From the NCBI GenBank assembly GCA_963843375.1, contig CAWJKT010000009.1:64001-128000 (forward strand): 64,000 bases of DNA, given 5' to 3'. Under the pieces are notes generated by a model. That model worked only from the letters and a program-made list of their open reading frames with translations, was not told where the DNA came from and did not search any database. Positions within the stretch are counted from its first letter, which is position 1, and each line of letters starts with the position of its first letter. Positions 1-10,111 of the stretch are shown in pieces. The position numbers were made by a program, and so were the translations under genes. This DNA comes from an uncultured Pseudomonadota bacterium (GTDB lineage: Bacteria; Oederibacteriota; Muellerivitia; Muellerivitales; Muellerivitaceae).

Positions 1-1213
<1,213 letters not shown>

Positions 1214-1291
1214 GGATAGCGGGATATTGAATAGGCTGACAATTTATACCTCTATCCGTAATAAAGAGGGGTAACACATGAGGAGACAATC

Positions 1292-2944
1292 GTGAAAGTT
1301 AATACATTGGCAGGAAAGCCAGCCGAGGTATCGATGCTGGTCGATGTGCCCAAACTGGTTACAGCCTACTATACGGATATACCGGACCCTTCGGTTCCTC
1401 CCCAACGGGTGGCATTCGGAACCTCTGGACACCGCGGTTCGGCATTCGACAAGGCTTTCAATGAATGGCATATCCTCGCCATCACCCAAGCCATCTGTCT
1501 CTATCGAAAACAACAGGGAACGGATGGACCGTTGTTTTTGGGTATTGACACTCACGCTTTATCAATTCCGGCTCAGGCCAGTGCTCTCGAGGTGCTGGCG
1601 GCCAATGGGGTCGAGGTGATGATCGCTGAAGGAAACGAATATACGCCGACCCCCGTTATCTCCCACGCCATCTTGACCTATAACCACGGGCGAAAAAATG
1701 GACTGGCTGACGGCATTGTGATTACGCCTTCGCACAATCCTCCGAAGGACGGAGGGTTTAAATATAATCCGACCAACGGCGGACCGGCAGACAAGGCCGC
1801 CACCGATTGGATAGAGAAGAAAGCAAATGAGTTTCTGGAATCGAAACTGAACGGTGTGAAGCGTATTTCACTCGCCACAGCCATTAGTGCTTCCACAACT
1901 CACCGGCATGATTATCTCGGCGTTTATATCGCTGATCTGGGCCACGTGGTGGATATGGAAGCTATTCGCGGATCCAAGCTCCGGTTGGGCGTAGATCCCT
2001 TGGGCGGAGCGGGAGTTCATTATTGGGGACGAATTGCCGAGCGCTATGGCTTAAATCTCACCGTGGTGAATGAAGTGGTCGATCCGACCTTTCGTTTCAT
2101 GACGGTGGATTGGGACGGCCAAATCCGCATGGATCCTTCCTCGGTCTATGCGATGCAGCGGTTGATCGGGATGAAGGATCAGTTCGACCTTTCTTTCGCC
2201 TGCGACACCGATCATGACCGGCATGGAATCGTGACCCGGAGCACCGGTTTGCTGCCGCCCAACCACTATTTGTCGGTTGCAATCTCCTATCTTTTTCAAA
2301 ATAGACCCCATTGGCGCAATGAAGCGGCTGTCGGCAAAACGGTGGTAAGCAGCCAGATGATTGACCGGGTGACCGCCAAACTGGGCCGGAAACTTTATGA
2401 AGTGCCGGTGGGGTTTAAGTGGTTTGTGGACGGTTTGTTCGACGGTTCGCTAGGTTTTGGCGGCGAAGAAAGCGCGGGGGCTTCCTTTGTCCGTCTGGAT
2501 GGAAGCGTTTGGACGACCGACAAGGATGGGATTGTTCCGGCTTTGCTTTCAGCGGAGATTACAGCCCGAATGGGCCGCGATCCAGGTGAGATCTACCAGG
2601 GACTGACCAGGGAATTCGGCGATCCGGTCTATGACCGCGTTGAGGCACTGGCGACACCAGATCAGAAAAAACGGTTATCCAAGCTCTCACCCCAACAAAT
2701 AAAAATGACTGATTTGGCCGGTGAAAAAATAAAAACCATTCTTACGGTCGCACCGGGCAACCATGCGCCCATCGGCGGTTTAAAAGCAATTACGAAAAGC
2801 GCGTGGTTCGCGGCCCGTCCCTCCGGCACGGAGAATATTTACAAGATCTACGCGGAAAGTTTCCAGGGAGAGGATCATCTTCGCCGTGTTCTGGCGGAAG
2901 CCCAGGCGATAGTTGACGGTGTTTTGGCGGTTTCTAAACCATAA
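1292..2944 (+). CDS. pgm: Phosphoglucomutase (glucose-1,6-bisphosphate dependent)
   Basis: FGTSGHRG, active-site TPSHNP, metal loop DTDHDR, GEESAG, RPSGTE; RBS GAGGAG before GTG. Confidence 0.96.
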   Translation: MKVNTLAGKPAEVSMLVDVPKLVTAYYTDIPDPSVPPQRVAFGTSGHRGSAFDKAFNEWHILAITQAICLYRKQQGTDGPLFLGIDTHALSIPAQASALEVLAANGVEVMIAEGNEYTPTPVISHAILTYNHGRKNGLADGIVITPSHNPPKDGGFKYNPTNGGPADKAATDWIEKKANEFLESKLNGVKRISLATAISASTTHRHDYLGVYIADLGHVVDMEAIRGSKLRLGVDPLGGAGVHYWGRIAERYGLNLTVVNEVVDPTFRFMTVDWDGQIRMDPSSVYAMQRLIGMKDQFDLSFACDTDHDRHGIVTRSTGLLPPNHYLSVAISYLFQNRPHWRNEAAVGKTVVSSQMIDRVTAKLGRKLYEVPVGFKWFVDGLFDGSLGFGGEESAGASFVRLDGSVWTTDKDGIVPALLSAEITARMGRDPGEIYQGLTREFGDPVYDRVEALATPDQKKRLSKLSPQQIKMTDLAGEKIKTILTVAPGNHAPIGGLKAITKSAWFAARPSGTENIYKIYAESFQGEDHLRRVLAEAQAIVDGVLAVSKP

Positions 2945-4276
2945 TCAGGGATGCCAAGAGCCGTAATGTTCCCGAATTATCCCCCGGGGCAGGCTTAAAA
3001 CTATAATTAGCAGACCGGTAATCACTCCGTTCCAACAGGACATCGGATTGGCCGCATTTAATAAACAAGATCCAAAGATAACCCACGCGCCCAGCAACAG
3101 GTTGAAATGCCTACCTGTCCGAACGACTTCGGACATGACCATAACGGATGTGGCGATGATCAAAGCACCGGCGACATGATCGCTGTTGGCGGCCGCAGCG
3201 GTTGTGGGCCAAACGGCGGGTAAAACCATCAGCCAGACGCCTAAAAGCGTGCTCACAGCGAGAGTCCAGGTAACACTGACGCCCCTGATCATCCAGGTTA
3301 TAGGGTGGACAGGCGCGCCATGGGCCAGCGCCCGTGATTCCTGGTTCTTTCCGCTTTCCCCTGATTCTCCGGCGAGGAACGTCCCCCAGAATGGTTTTCC
3401 CTGGCGGAGGCTGAGGCGCATGAATTGAACCATCGCGAAAACTTCATCGACCGCGAAGGTGATCATCAGAAGCATTGCTGTCGCGATCACGAGACAAAGG
3501 GTGCACCAATGACCCACCACGATCGGCTGAAGGATTACTAACGTCATACTGACCAGACCCAAAGGCACCACGAGAATGAAAAAGAAAAGGACTACAAAGG
3601 GCATCGTGCGCCAGCGGGCCGCACCACCCGTACATCCGATAAGCATCTCCAGGGTATAGGCAAAGGCGCCCAGCCCAGCGTCCGAGACAGGAATCATTTG
3701 GGAAACTTTGGAGGTGAGGACCAGACGGGTGCCGTCCCCGAAGAAAGGATCCCAGACACTGGAGATATAACCGAGCTGATAGGAGGCAAGATACCGCGAA
3801 ATAAACCAGCCGATGAACGCGAGGTAAATAACGGGGACTCTTTGACGCCAGCCGGAGGGATTAAAGCTCCAGCCGGGGGGAATCCCAGGATCCGGTCGCA
3901 TCGTTTCCGGGGTAATACCGGGAATCGTGGGTATTAATAAAAAGAGGACAATGGCGGTTAGTCCGACAAAGGTGTCATTGATCATCATGACGGGCTGGGG
4001 GGCCCAAAAGAGCAGAGGGGCCAGTTGCAGCCAGATACCTACGAAGCCCACGCCCCAAAGTCCGATAGACTCCATTTTGGGAATAAGGGCGACTGCGGCA
4101 AAGAAAATGAGCCACGCTCCGCTAAGGATATCGCTGTTAAGCATTTTCCCGGGCGGATAGCGGAGAGCAAAAGGACCGCTGACCAGCCATAGTCCCAGGG
4201 CCATTACGGTTAAATTAATCCATAGACGGGCTGCGCGGGTGGGAACGATCTTCCGTATGCGCCCCCGGCGGCTCAC
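2945..4276 (-). CDS. Vitamin K epoxide reductase-family membrane protein with SPW-type repeats
   Basis: Multi-TM; PPGWSFNPSGWRQR, VLTSKVS, SDAGLGA, CxxC (WCTLC); repeated GxWL..P motifs at both ends. Confidence 0.75.
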   Translation of the reverse strand: MSRRGRIRKIVPTRAARLWINLTVMALGLWLVSGPFALRYPPGKMLNSDILSGAWLIFFAAVALIPKMESIGLWGVGFVGIWLQLAPLLFWAPQPVMMINDTFVGLTAIVLFLLIPTIPGITPETMRPDPGIPPGWSFNPSGWRQRVPVIYLAFIGWFISRYLASYQLGYISSVWDPFFGDGTRLVLTSKVSQMIPVSDAGLGAFAYTLEMLIGCTGGAARWRTMPFVVLFFFILVVPLGLVSMTLVILQPIVVGHWCTLCLVIATAMLLMITFAVDEVFAMVQFMRLSLRQGKPFWGTFLAGESGESGKNQESRALAHGAPVHPITWMIRGVSVTWTLAVSTLLGVWLMVLPAVWPTTAAAANSDHVAGALIIATSVMVMSEVVRTGRHFNLLLGAWVIFGSCLLNAANPMSCWNGVITGLLIIVLSLPRGIIREHYGSWHP

Positions 4277-4434
4277 AGGGGTTCACTGTCCCATGCTTCG
4301 CTTGATGAGTCTTTGGATAGGGGCAAGCCGCATTGAGCGCAGGAACCAGGTTTTTCTTTTAGTGTTTCGGGATGGATTGGACAGTAATAATTGGATTCTG
4401 AGTCGTCCGAGGAATCCTGTATCTTAGCGGGCAT
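4273..4434 (-). CDS. 53-aa heavy-metal-binding-domain microprotein (not in ORF track)
   Basis: Manual translation MPAKIQDSSDDSESNYYCPIHPETLKEKPGSCAQCGLPLSKDSSSEAWDSEPL; matches YxCPxHP..PGxCxxCG; overlaps both neighbours (GTGA coupling). Confidence 0.8.
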   Translation of the reverse strand: MPAKIQDSSDDSESNYYCPIHPETLKEKPGSCAQCGLPLSKDSSSEAWDSEPL

Positions 4435-5536
4435 GGAGTTCTTTTGGGGCAGGTTGAGCAGTTTTTTTGAGCCTGGAAGGGAGGTTCAGTTTATTGGCGT
4501 AGTACCAGGCGGCGGGATCGTTTTTGAGCGAAGCCGTCATTTTGGGAAGTGTGCGGCGCAGGGAATGCTTAGGCTTCCAGCCGATCAGTTTTTGGGCGCG
4601 GCGGATATTCAGGGTGTAATTATCGTCCGCCAAATCGATCATCCAGGGCTTGATAAAGTGATCAACTCCCGGCACGAGATTTTCCAGCCATGCGCCGGTT
4701 TTCGCGACGAATTTTGGAATTTTCCTGGTCTCCCAGTCTTTGCCGTAAAGAAGCAGTCCGAAAGCGTCCTGGAGTGTCTGGTAGCTTAACGTTTCGGATT
4801 CGCCTAGAAGGATGGTGGTTTCTTTTGGCAAAAGATTCCGCTTTTCGACCACTTTCATAATGGTATCCACCAAATCCTCGAGATGGATAAAGGACTGGCC
4901 GTGGGTTACATCCCCGGGGAAAAGATGACCGAGGAACTTTTGTTCATAGATGCGTTGAACTTGGTGCGCGATGGGAATGGAGTGGCACTCGTCGTTATAA
5001 ACTCCCGCGATACGCAGGATGACGGCGGGAATTTTGCCGTGTTTTTGATGGATAAGTTTTTCGGTTTCAACTTTTGATTTCGGATAGTCCCATTTGGGCT
5101 CCAAAGGCCAGTCTTCCTTCATGCGTTCATTCGGCTGGTTGGGAGCATAAACGAGCATCGAGCTGGAGAATACGAACTGCCCGACCTGAAACCGTTGAAG
5201 CTCATGGAGCACACGTTCCGTACCGCGCACCGTGAGATCCTCGTACAAGGGGCTTGGTTTGCCAGAAAAATCGTAAAAAGCGGCCAAATGAATAACCGAA
5301 GCGATCTTTTTACCATAGCCCACCTGCACGCGGTCAAACGCCTGGCGGACCCTCTTGTCATTGGTCAAATCCACCTGGACGCATTCCGCCATCGGCAGCG
5401 GATGGGAAGGAGATGTTTCACGGTCAAAACCTATAACCCGGAAATGATCAGCCAATCGTTCTACCAATGATGTGCCTATAAGTCCGTTGGCGCCTGTGAC
5501 GATAACCACCCTTTTGCGCGATTCTGTGTTTGTCAT
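4424..5536 (-). CDS. NAD-dependent epimerase/dehydratase (extended SDR)
   Basis: TGANGLIG Rossmann motif, HLAA, SSS, YPKSK catalytic motif. Confidence 0.88.
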   Translation of the reverse strand: MTNTESRKRVVIVTGANGLIGTSLVERLADHFRVIGFDRETSPSHPLPMAECVQVDLTNDKRVRQAFDRVQVGYGKKIASVIHLAAFYDFSGKPSPLYEDLTVRGTERVLHELQRFQVGQFVFSSSMLVYAPNQPNERMKEDWPLEPKWDYPKSKVETEKLIHQKHGKIPAVILRIAGVYNDECHSIPIAHQVQRIYEQKFLGHLFPGDVTHGQSFIHLEDLVDTIMKVVEKRNLLPKETTILLGESETLSYQTLQDAFGLLLYGKDWETRKIPKFVAKTGAWLENLVPGVDHFIKPWMIDLADDNYTLNIRRAQKLIGWKPKHSLRRTLPKMTASLKNDPAAWYYANKLNLPSRLKKTAQPAPKELHAR

Positions 5537-5573
5537 GTGATGCCTTTCGAATGGCTTTTGTGGTTGGGTTCTT

Positions 5574-5891
5574 TTAATGGTTCTTCAGTTCGACCGAGTT
5601 GGGAGGAGCTGGGGTTTGACCGTAGGTTCCTAATCGGCCATTTCTGTCGTTATGGTAGATATAAAAAGCGATCATTCCCAAAAGAAGGAGGCCACCCAGA
5701 AAGGTTCGCACGTAAACGTTTTGGTGGAAAGGGGAGGGTGTGTCGGGATCGGCCAATGCTTTTTCAAATTGGTCTTCCCGCTTTTGTTCCGGCGTCAACG
5801 ATGGGTTTACCGGTGGTGGTTGTTCTGCCGGCGCCCCAATGGGTTCTCCTGGTCTTACCTCCGGTTTAAATTCATTGTGCACAGTCAGCAT
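5574..5891 (-). CDS. Small single-TM hypothetical protein
   Basis: 105 aa, AGGAG RBS, one hydrophobic segment, Pro-rich flanks. Confidence 0.6.
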   Translation of the reverse strand: MLTVHNEFKPEVRPGEPIGAPAEQPPPVNPSLTPEQKREDQFEKALADPDTPSPFHQNVYVRTFLGGLLLLGMIAFYIYHNDRNGRLGTYGQTPAPPNSVELKNH

Positions 5892-5951
5892 TGATCGTCT
5901 CCTTTTAATTCCTGGAAATTGTCCTCGGGCAAATTTGCCTCTGGGCTTGTT

Positions 5952-6098
5952 TTACCATTCTTCTTTTGAACTATCCTTCACCAAGGTAAATCCGCATCGG
6001 GTGCAAGCTCCGGGCTTGTCCTTAATGATTTCTGGATGGATGGGGCAGTAATAACCGGAGTTATCATCGTTTTTTGAAATTTGAACTTTGATAGTCAT
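5952..6098 (-). CDS. 48-aa heavy-metal-binding-domain microprotein (not in ORF track; alternative start 6104)
   Basis: Manual translation MTIKVQISKNDDNSGYYCPIHPEIIKDKPGACTRCGFTLVKDSSKEEW; paralogue of 4273-4434. Confidence 0.8.
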   Translation of the reverse strand: MTIKVQISKNDDNSGYYCPIHPEIIKDKPGACTRCGFTLVKDSSKEEW

Positions 6099-6126
6099 AA
6101 CCATATCCAACCTATAAATTCGATTT

Positions 6127-6537
6127 TCATTGTCGACCGAACTGGGGAAACCAAAAAAAATGGCTCGCTATCAGCATGGTTAGGCAAAAGATCAATATCC
6201 AAAAGTAGACATCCAGGTCCGCTTTTTGATTTTCAGTCGCCTTCGACTTCTTTTTAAATTTGTAAAAGATAGGCGCACGGCGTGGGCTGACCGAAGTGAG
6301 TAGTACCGCTGCAAAAAATCCTCCAAAAACAATGGGTATCCAGCTAATGCCCATCCAGAGCGGGCCGTAAGGCTTAAGCCAGACCGCAGCGGTCCAGGCG
6401 AAAAGGACCACGACCAATAAAAAGGACAGGAAACTTCCCCACGGGCCCTTGGTACCAAACGTTCGGGAAAAGGTATAAACGATGATTACTCCAACGAGAA
6501 TTGTCACGAAAAAATCAGTAAAAATCATGTAAGACAC
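6127..6537 (-). CDS. 4-TM hypothetical membrane protein, paralogue 1
   Basis: FGTKGPWGS, WLKPYGPLWMGISWIPI, LLTSVSPR shared with 6559-6966. Confidence 0.8.
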   Translation of the reverse strand: MSYMIFTDFFVTILVGVIIVYTFSRTFGTKGPWGSFLSFLLVVVLFAWTAAVWLKPYGPLWMGISWIPIVFGGFFAAVLLTSVSPRRAPIFYKFKKKSKATENQKADLDVYFWILIFCLTMLIASHFFWFPQFGRQ

Positions 6538-6558
6538 CCTAGAGCCAGAGATTTGAAC

Positions 6559-6966
6559 TCAATACCAACCGAGTTGGGGATACCAGTAATAATGGCTGAA
6601 TGCTAAAAATACTAAAACCATGATGAGTATCCAAAAGAAGGCGTCCGCGGCAGTTTTTCGTTCTTCCGCAGACACGGTTTCTTCTTTCAAATTCACCGGT
6701 ACGGGAGGACGTGTTTTACGGGGGCTGACCGAGGTAAGCAAAAAGGCGACCAAAAAGCCCACAAAGATAATGGGGATCCAGCCAACGCCGAACCACACCG
6801 GACCGTAAGGTCTTAGCCAGACACCGGCGACCCAGGCGAAAAGGGAAACCACAATAAAAAACCAAATCAGACTTCCCCAAGGACCTTTGGTTCCAAATGC
6901 GAGGGAAAGTAAAAAGACAATCAGTGAACCGATAATGAAAGCGGCGAATAGGTCTGCGAGGAACAT
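6559..6966 (-). CDS. 4-TM hypothetical membrane protein, paralogue 2
   Basis: Same motifs as 6127-6537; AAGGAG RBS. Confidence 0.82.
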   Translation of the reverse strand: MFLADLFAAFIIGSLIVFLLSLAFGTKGPWGSLIWFFIVVSLFAWVAGVWLRPYGPVWFGVGWIPIIFVGFLVAFLLTSVSPRKTRPPVPVNLKEETVSAEERKTAADAFFWILIMVLVFLAFSHYYWYPQLGWY

Positions 6967-7026
6967 GAGAGACTCCTTTTGAGTTTTGACGGAACGGGTG
7001 GGACCATACTTTTTTAAGAAAAATTC

Positions 7027-7058
7027 AAAAGGGAACTGCGGTGAGGCAGAACCCTTTT
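7027..7058 (-). terminator. Probable intrinsic terminator after 7071-7844
   Basis: Imperfect hairpin GGGTTCTGC/GCAGTTCCC followed by T-run on minus strand. Confidence 0.6.
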
Positions 7059-7070
7059 GGCTCTATGCGG

Positions 7071-7844
7071 TTAATTCCAGTAATATTGAACGTAGCTGGG
7101 ATCGTCGTAATAGTAAAAGTATTGTTTGTTCTCTTGGATGAAGGTTGAATTCGAATCCAACGAAGTGTTAAAGGCGGTAAATTGGTCTTTCGTCAGTTTA
7201 TCCGAACCGTTGGTTTTGAAATCTGCCGTCATTTGGTCCTCGACCGACTTCAAAGCCGTGCCGCAATTTTTGGCTTGGTCGCTGTTCAGGGTATTGTTGG
7301 TTAAACCCTGTTGAATCCGTTCGCGCTGGTTTTTAATCCGTTCCTTCAACTCATATATCCTCGGATGGGTTTCTTCCATCGCGGATACGGATGGGGTAGG
7401 CGCTCCGACAACCGGATAGGAGTCATAGTAATAATCGTAGTTCGGACCGTAATCGACATAGGGACCGTAGTAGTAGAAATACTGTTTATCCTCGTGGATG
7501 GCCGCAGAATTCGCGTCGAGGGACGTGTTGTAAGCGTCATAGGTGTCTTTCGACATTATTTTCTTCGAGCCATTGGCTTTACATTCATCCTTCATCTTGC
7601 CCTGTACGGTGTTCAAAACCGCGCGGCAAGCATCGGCGTCGGACACGGACAGTGTACCGTCGTTTAAACCCTGCTTGATACGAGCAATCTGGTTTCTGAT
7701 GCGGTCCTTCAACTGGACAATTCTCGGATGTGCCAGTTTCTTTTCGGACACATGTTTAACGACCGGTGTAGCGTCTTGGGCGGATGCAAAGCCCAGGCTT
7801 CCAACGGCAAAAACCGCACCTATCAGCAATGCTTTCTTTAACAT
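7071..7844 (-). CDS. Secreted protein with two ~90-aa helical repeats and Tyr-rich ends, paralogue 1
   Basis: Signal peptide (MLKKALL...ASAQD); repeat HPRI..LK.RI.NQ..RI.QGL...NGS...NTSLD.NS..I.E.KQYFYYY twice. Confidence 0.85.
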   Translation of the reverse strand: MLKKALLIGAVFAVGSLGFASAQDATPVVKHVSEKKLAHPRIVQLKDRIRNQIARIKQGLNDGTLSVSDADACRAVLNTVQGKMKDECKANGSKKIMSKDTYDAYNTSLDANSAAIHEDKQYFYYYGPYVDYGPNYDYYYDSYPVVGAPTPSVSAMEETHPRIYELKERIKNQRERIQQGLTNNTLNSDQAKNCGTALKSVEDQMTADFKTNGSDKLTKDQFTAFNTSLDSNSTFIQENKQYFYYYDDPSYVQYYWN

Positions 7845-7900
7845 AAAAATCCTTTAACCATTTTTAGAATCCCGCCCTTACGAGGCAGGAGAGTTATTAA

Positions 7901-7916
7901 AGCAAGGAGCATGCCC
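7901..7916 (-). promoter_or_regulatory. sigma54 (-24/-12) promoter for 7071-7844
   Basis: GGGCATGCTCCTTGCT, GG-N10-GC; conserved in second copy. Confidence 0.72.
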
Positions 7917-8130
7917 CTGGTGTTTTACCGGCAAATAGAAAGATTTATGGGAAAACACCTGTTTTTAAACTGCCTTGGAAAAGATTCCGGAATGTACGAA
8001 AGGTTTTTCGATCAAAGTGATAATTTGATCGTTCATTTTGATAAGTATTTCTAATTGGTCCTCCAATTAGAAATCGCTTACTTGTTGATGTAGGCGAAAC
8101 TGCATTGCGAATTTCAATCAATTTGCTCAA

Positions 8131-8146
8131 GGGTATGGAACTTGCT
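8131..8146 (+). promoter_or_regulatory. sigma54-like promoter for 8196-8447
   Basis: GGGTATGGAACTTGCT, GG-N10-GC; conserved in second copy. Confidence 0.6.
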
Positions 8147-8195
8147 CTTTTACTTTCGGCAAAGAAAAATGGATACTTGAAAGCTAGGCAAAAGT

Positions 8196-8447
8196 ATGGC
8201 CGATATTCTGAATCAACAAGAAAATGTACGAATTCAGGAAGAGAAAACGAGAAAATCTGATTGGGCTCAATGGCTTCACGTCTATCGTTGGGGTGTTTTG
8301 ATCGTGGCAGTTCTATTCCTGGTCGCCCTCGTTACCTATTTGCTGACCGGTAATTTGACCTGGCGCCCGCATGGTCAATGGCATTGGGCGAAAGAAACGA
8401 AGGATAAAAATGGAACTGAATTGCCCCCAGTCACCAGTGCCCCTTAA
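8196..8447 (+). CDS. Small single-TM hypothetical protein
   Basis: 83 aa with one TM helix, downstream of sigma54-like motif. Confidence 0.65.
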   Translation: MADILNQQENVRIQEEKTRKSDWAQWLHVYRWGVLIVAVLFLVALVTYLLTGNLTWRPHGQWHWAKETKDKNGTELPPVTSAP

Positions 8448-8640
8448 AGAAATTTAATAAAATGTTTAACTTCGAATTTTGTGGCTAAACCATTTAGAAA
8501 CAACAATTTTAAATTTTCGCAACAGATAGTTTTGTGTCCAACCATCTTAAATTGGTATATAGAATTATCATTCGTTCGATTCGGATGACTGCGGCTATGG
8601 CAACATTTGCCTTATGGTATTGAAATCAATGCCAGCCGAG

Positions 8641-9399
8641 TTATTGAATGTAGTTGTGATCGTTGTAGTAATAGAAATAAATTCTGCTCTCCTGGATAAC
8701 GGTTGAGTTTGCATCCAGCATGGCGTTAATCCCGGCAGTTTGGTCCTTCGTCAGATGATGGGAGCCATTGGTCCTAAAATCCACGTTCATCTGATCCCTG
8801 GCCGCGTCCAAAACTGCGTCGCAATGTTTGGCCTGATCACTGGACAAGGAATTGGTGGTTAAATACTGCTGAATCCGGGCGCGCTGAGCCTTCAGACGGT
8901 CTTTCAGTTCAAAGATTCTAGGACCTGTCTTTGCCGACGGGCTGAAAATATTTGGAGTCGGGGCTTGAGCCTTCGGATACTGGTCATCGTAATAATCACC
9001 GGAGTCGTCTAAGGGGCCGTAACTGTAGAAGTACTGTTTTTGCTCCTTAATAAAGCCGGAATTCCTGTCCAGCGATGCGTTGTAAGATTCGTAGGATTCC
9101 TTCGAAATTGTTTTCTTCCCGCCGTTGGCCGCACGCTCAGCTTTTATCTGGTTTTCCACGTTGTCCAGAAGCGTACGGCAAGTTTCAGCTTGGGGAGCAG
9201 TCAGGATACCGGCGGCTAAATCCTGATCAATCCGGGCACGTTGATTTTGAATGCGGTCCTTCAGATAGATAATTCGCATGCGAACCAATTTTTTGGTGGA
9301 AATTGGCTTAGTGACGGCCGGGGTGACATCCTGGGCGCGGACAAGGCCCGTGCTTCCCGCAGCAAAAATAGTGGCTATCAACAACGCTTTCTTGAACAT
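8641..9399 (-). CDS. Secreted two-repeat helical protein, paralogue 2
   Basis: Start reassigned to MFKKALL (ATG 9399) by homology to 7071-7844; same double repeat. Confidence 0.85.
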   Translation of the reverse strand: MFKKALLIATIFAAGSTGLVRAQDVTPAVTKPISTKKLVRMRIIYLKDRIQNQRARIDQDLAAGILTAPQAETCRTLLDNVENQIKAERAANGGKKTISKESYESYNASLDRNSGFIKEQKQYFYSYGPLDDSGDYYDDQYPKAQAPTPNIFSPSAKTGPRIFELKDRLKAQRARIQQYLTTNSLSSDQAKHCDAVLDAARDQMNVDFRTNGSHHLTKDQTAGINAMLDANSTVIQESRIYFYYYNDHNYIQ

Positions 9400-9699
9400 G
9401 AAAAATCCTTTAACGGTTTTTTGAATCCCGCTCTTATGGGAAAGATGAGTTATTAAAGCAAGGAGCATGCCTTTGGTGATTTACTGGAGAACAGAAACAT
9501 TTATGGGAAAACACCTGTTTTTAAACTGTCTTGGAAAAGGTTCCAATTGCGCGAAGGGGTTTCGATCAAAGTGATAATTTGATCGTTCATTTTGATAATT
9601 ATTTCCAATTGGTTGTTCAGTTAAAAATCATATTGTTATCGAGTTAGCAAACGTATTGCGCAAATTACAATCGATTCGCAGCAGGGTATAGAACTTGCT
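9400..9699. repeat. Duplicated divergent intergenic region, copy 2, with sigma54 motifs at 9457-9472 (-) and 9684-9699 (+)
   Basis: AGGCATGCTCCTTGCT and GGGTATAGAACTTGCT; central inverted repeat CGATCAAA-N7-TTTGATCG at 9563-9585. Confidence 0.9.
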
Positions 9700-9790
9700 T
9701 TGAATAGTTGAGTCGGAACAATTTTTATTTAAGCCGATGGGATTACAAACTTGCCAATTGACGTTCAATCCCTGGATCAAGAAGGTCTTT

Positions 9791-10084
9791 ATGTATGACC
9801 CGGCGAATTTTTTTAAGTTGATTTGGATTTTAATCTTCGGCGGAGTCGCCGGATGGATCGTCAACAGCTGGGGCAAAGGGTCGGGTCTGGGTCTTTTCTG
9901 GGACATCGCCGGCGGCATTCTGGGCGGGCTTCTGGGAGGCTCATTCGCCTATTACTACAACGTCGACGCCGATGGTTTCGGGGCCGTCATCGGGGTCGGG
10001 TTTTTGGGATCGGTTATTTTCCTTACCCTCCTATGGCTTTTATCGCTTTACCGCAGGACCGCTAAACGTAAAAGAAAAATTTAA
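9791..10084 (+). CDS. GlsB/YeaQ/YmgE (transglycosylase-associated) membrane protein
   Basis: LIFGGVAGWI...GLFWDIAGGILGGLLGG...GFLGSVIFL pattern. Confidence 0.75.
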   Translation: MYDPANFFKLIWILIFGGVAGWIVNSWGKGSGLGLFWDIAGGILGGLLGGSFAYYYNVDADGFGAVIGVGFLGSVIFLTLLWLLSLYRRTAKRKRKI

Positions 10085-10111
10085 TCCGCTAAATAACGAG
10101 AGGAAACAAAA

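Larger units (their letters stand above)
7845..8146. repeat. Duplicated divergent intergenic region, copy 1 (copy 2 at 9400-9699)
   Basis: Colinear blocks, including identical TTTCGATCAAAGTGATAATTTGATCGTTCATTTTGATAA and ATTTATGGGAAAACACCTGTTTTTAAACTG. Confidence 0.92.
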
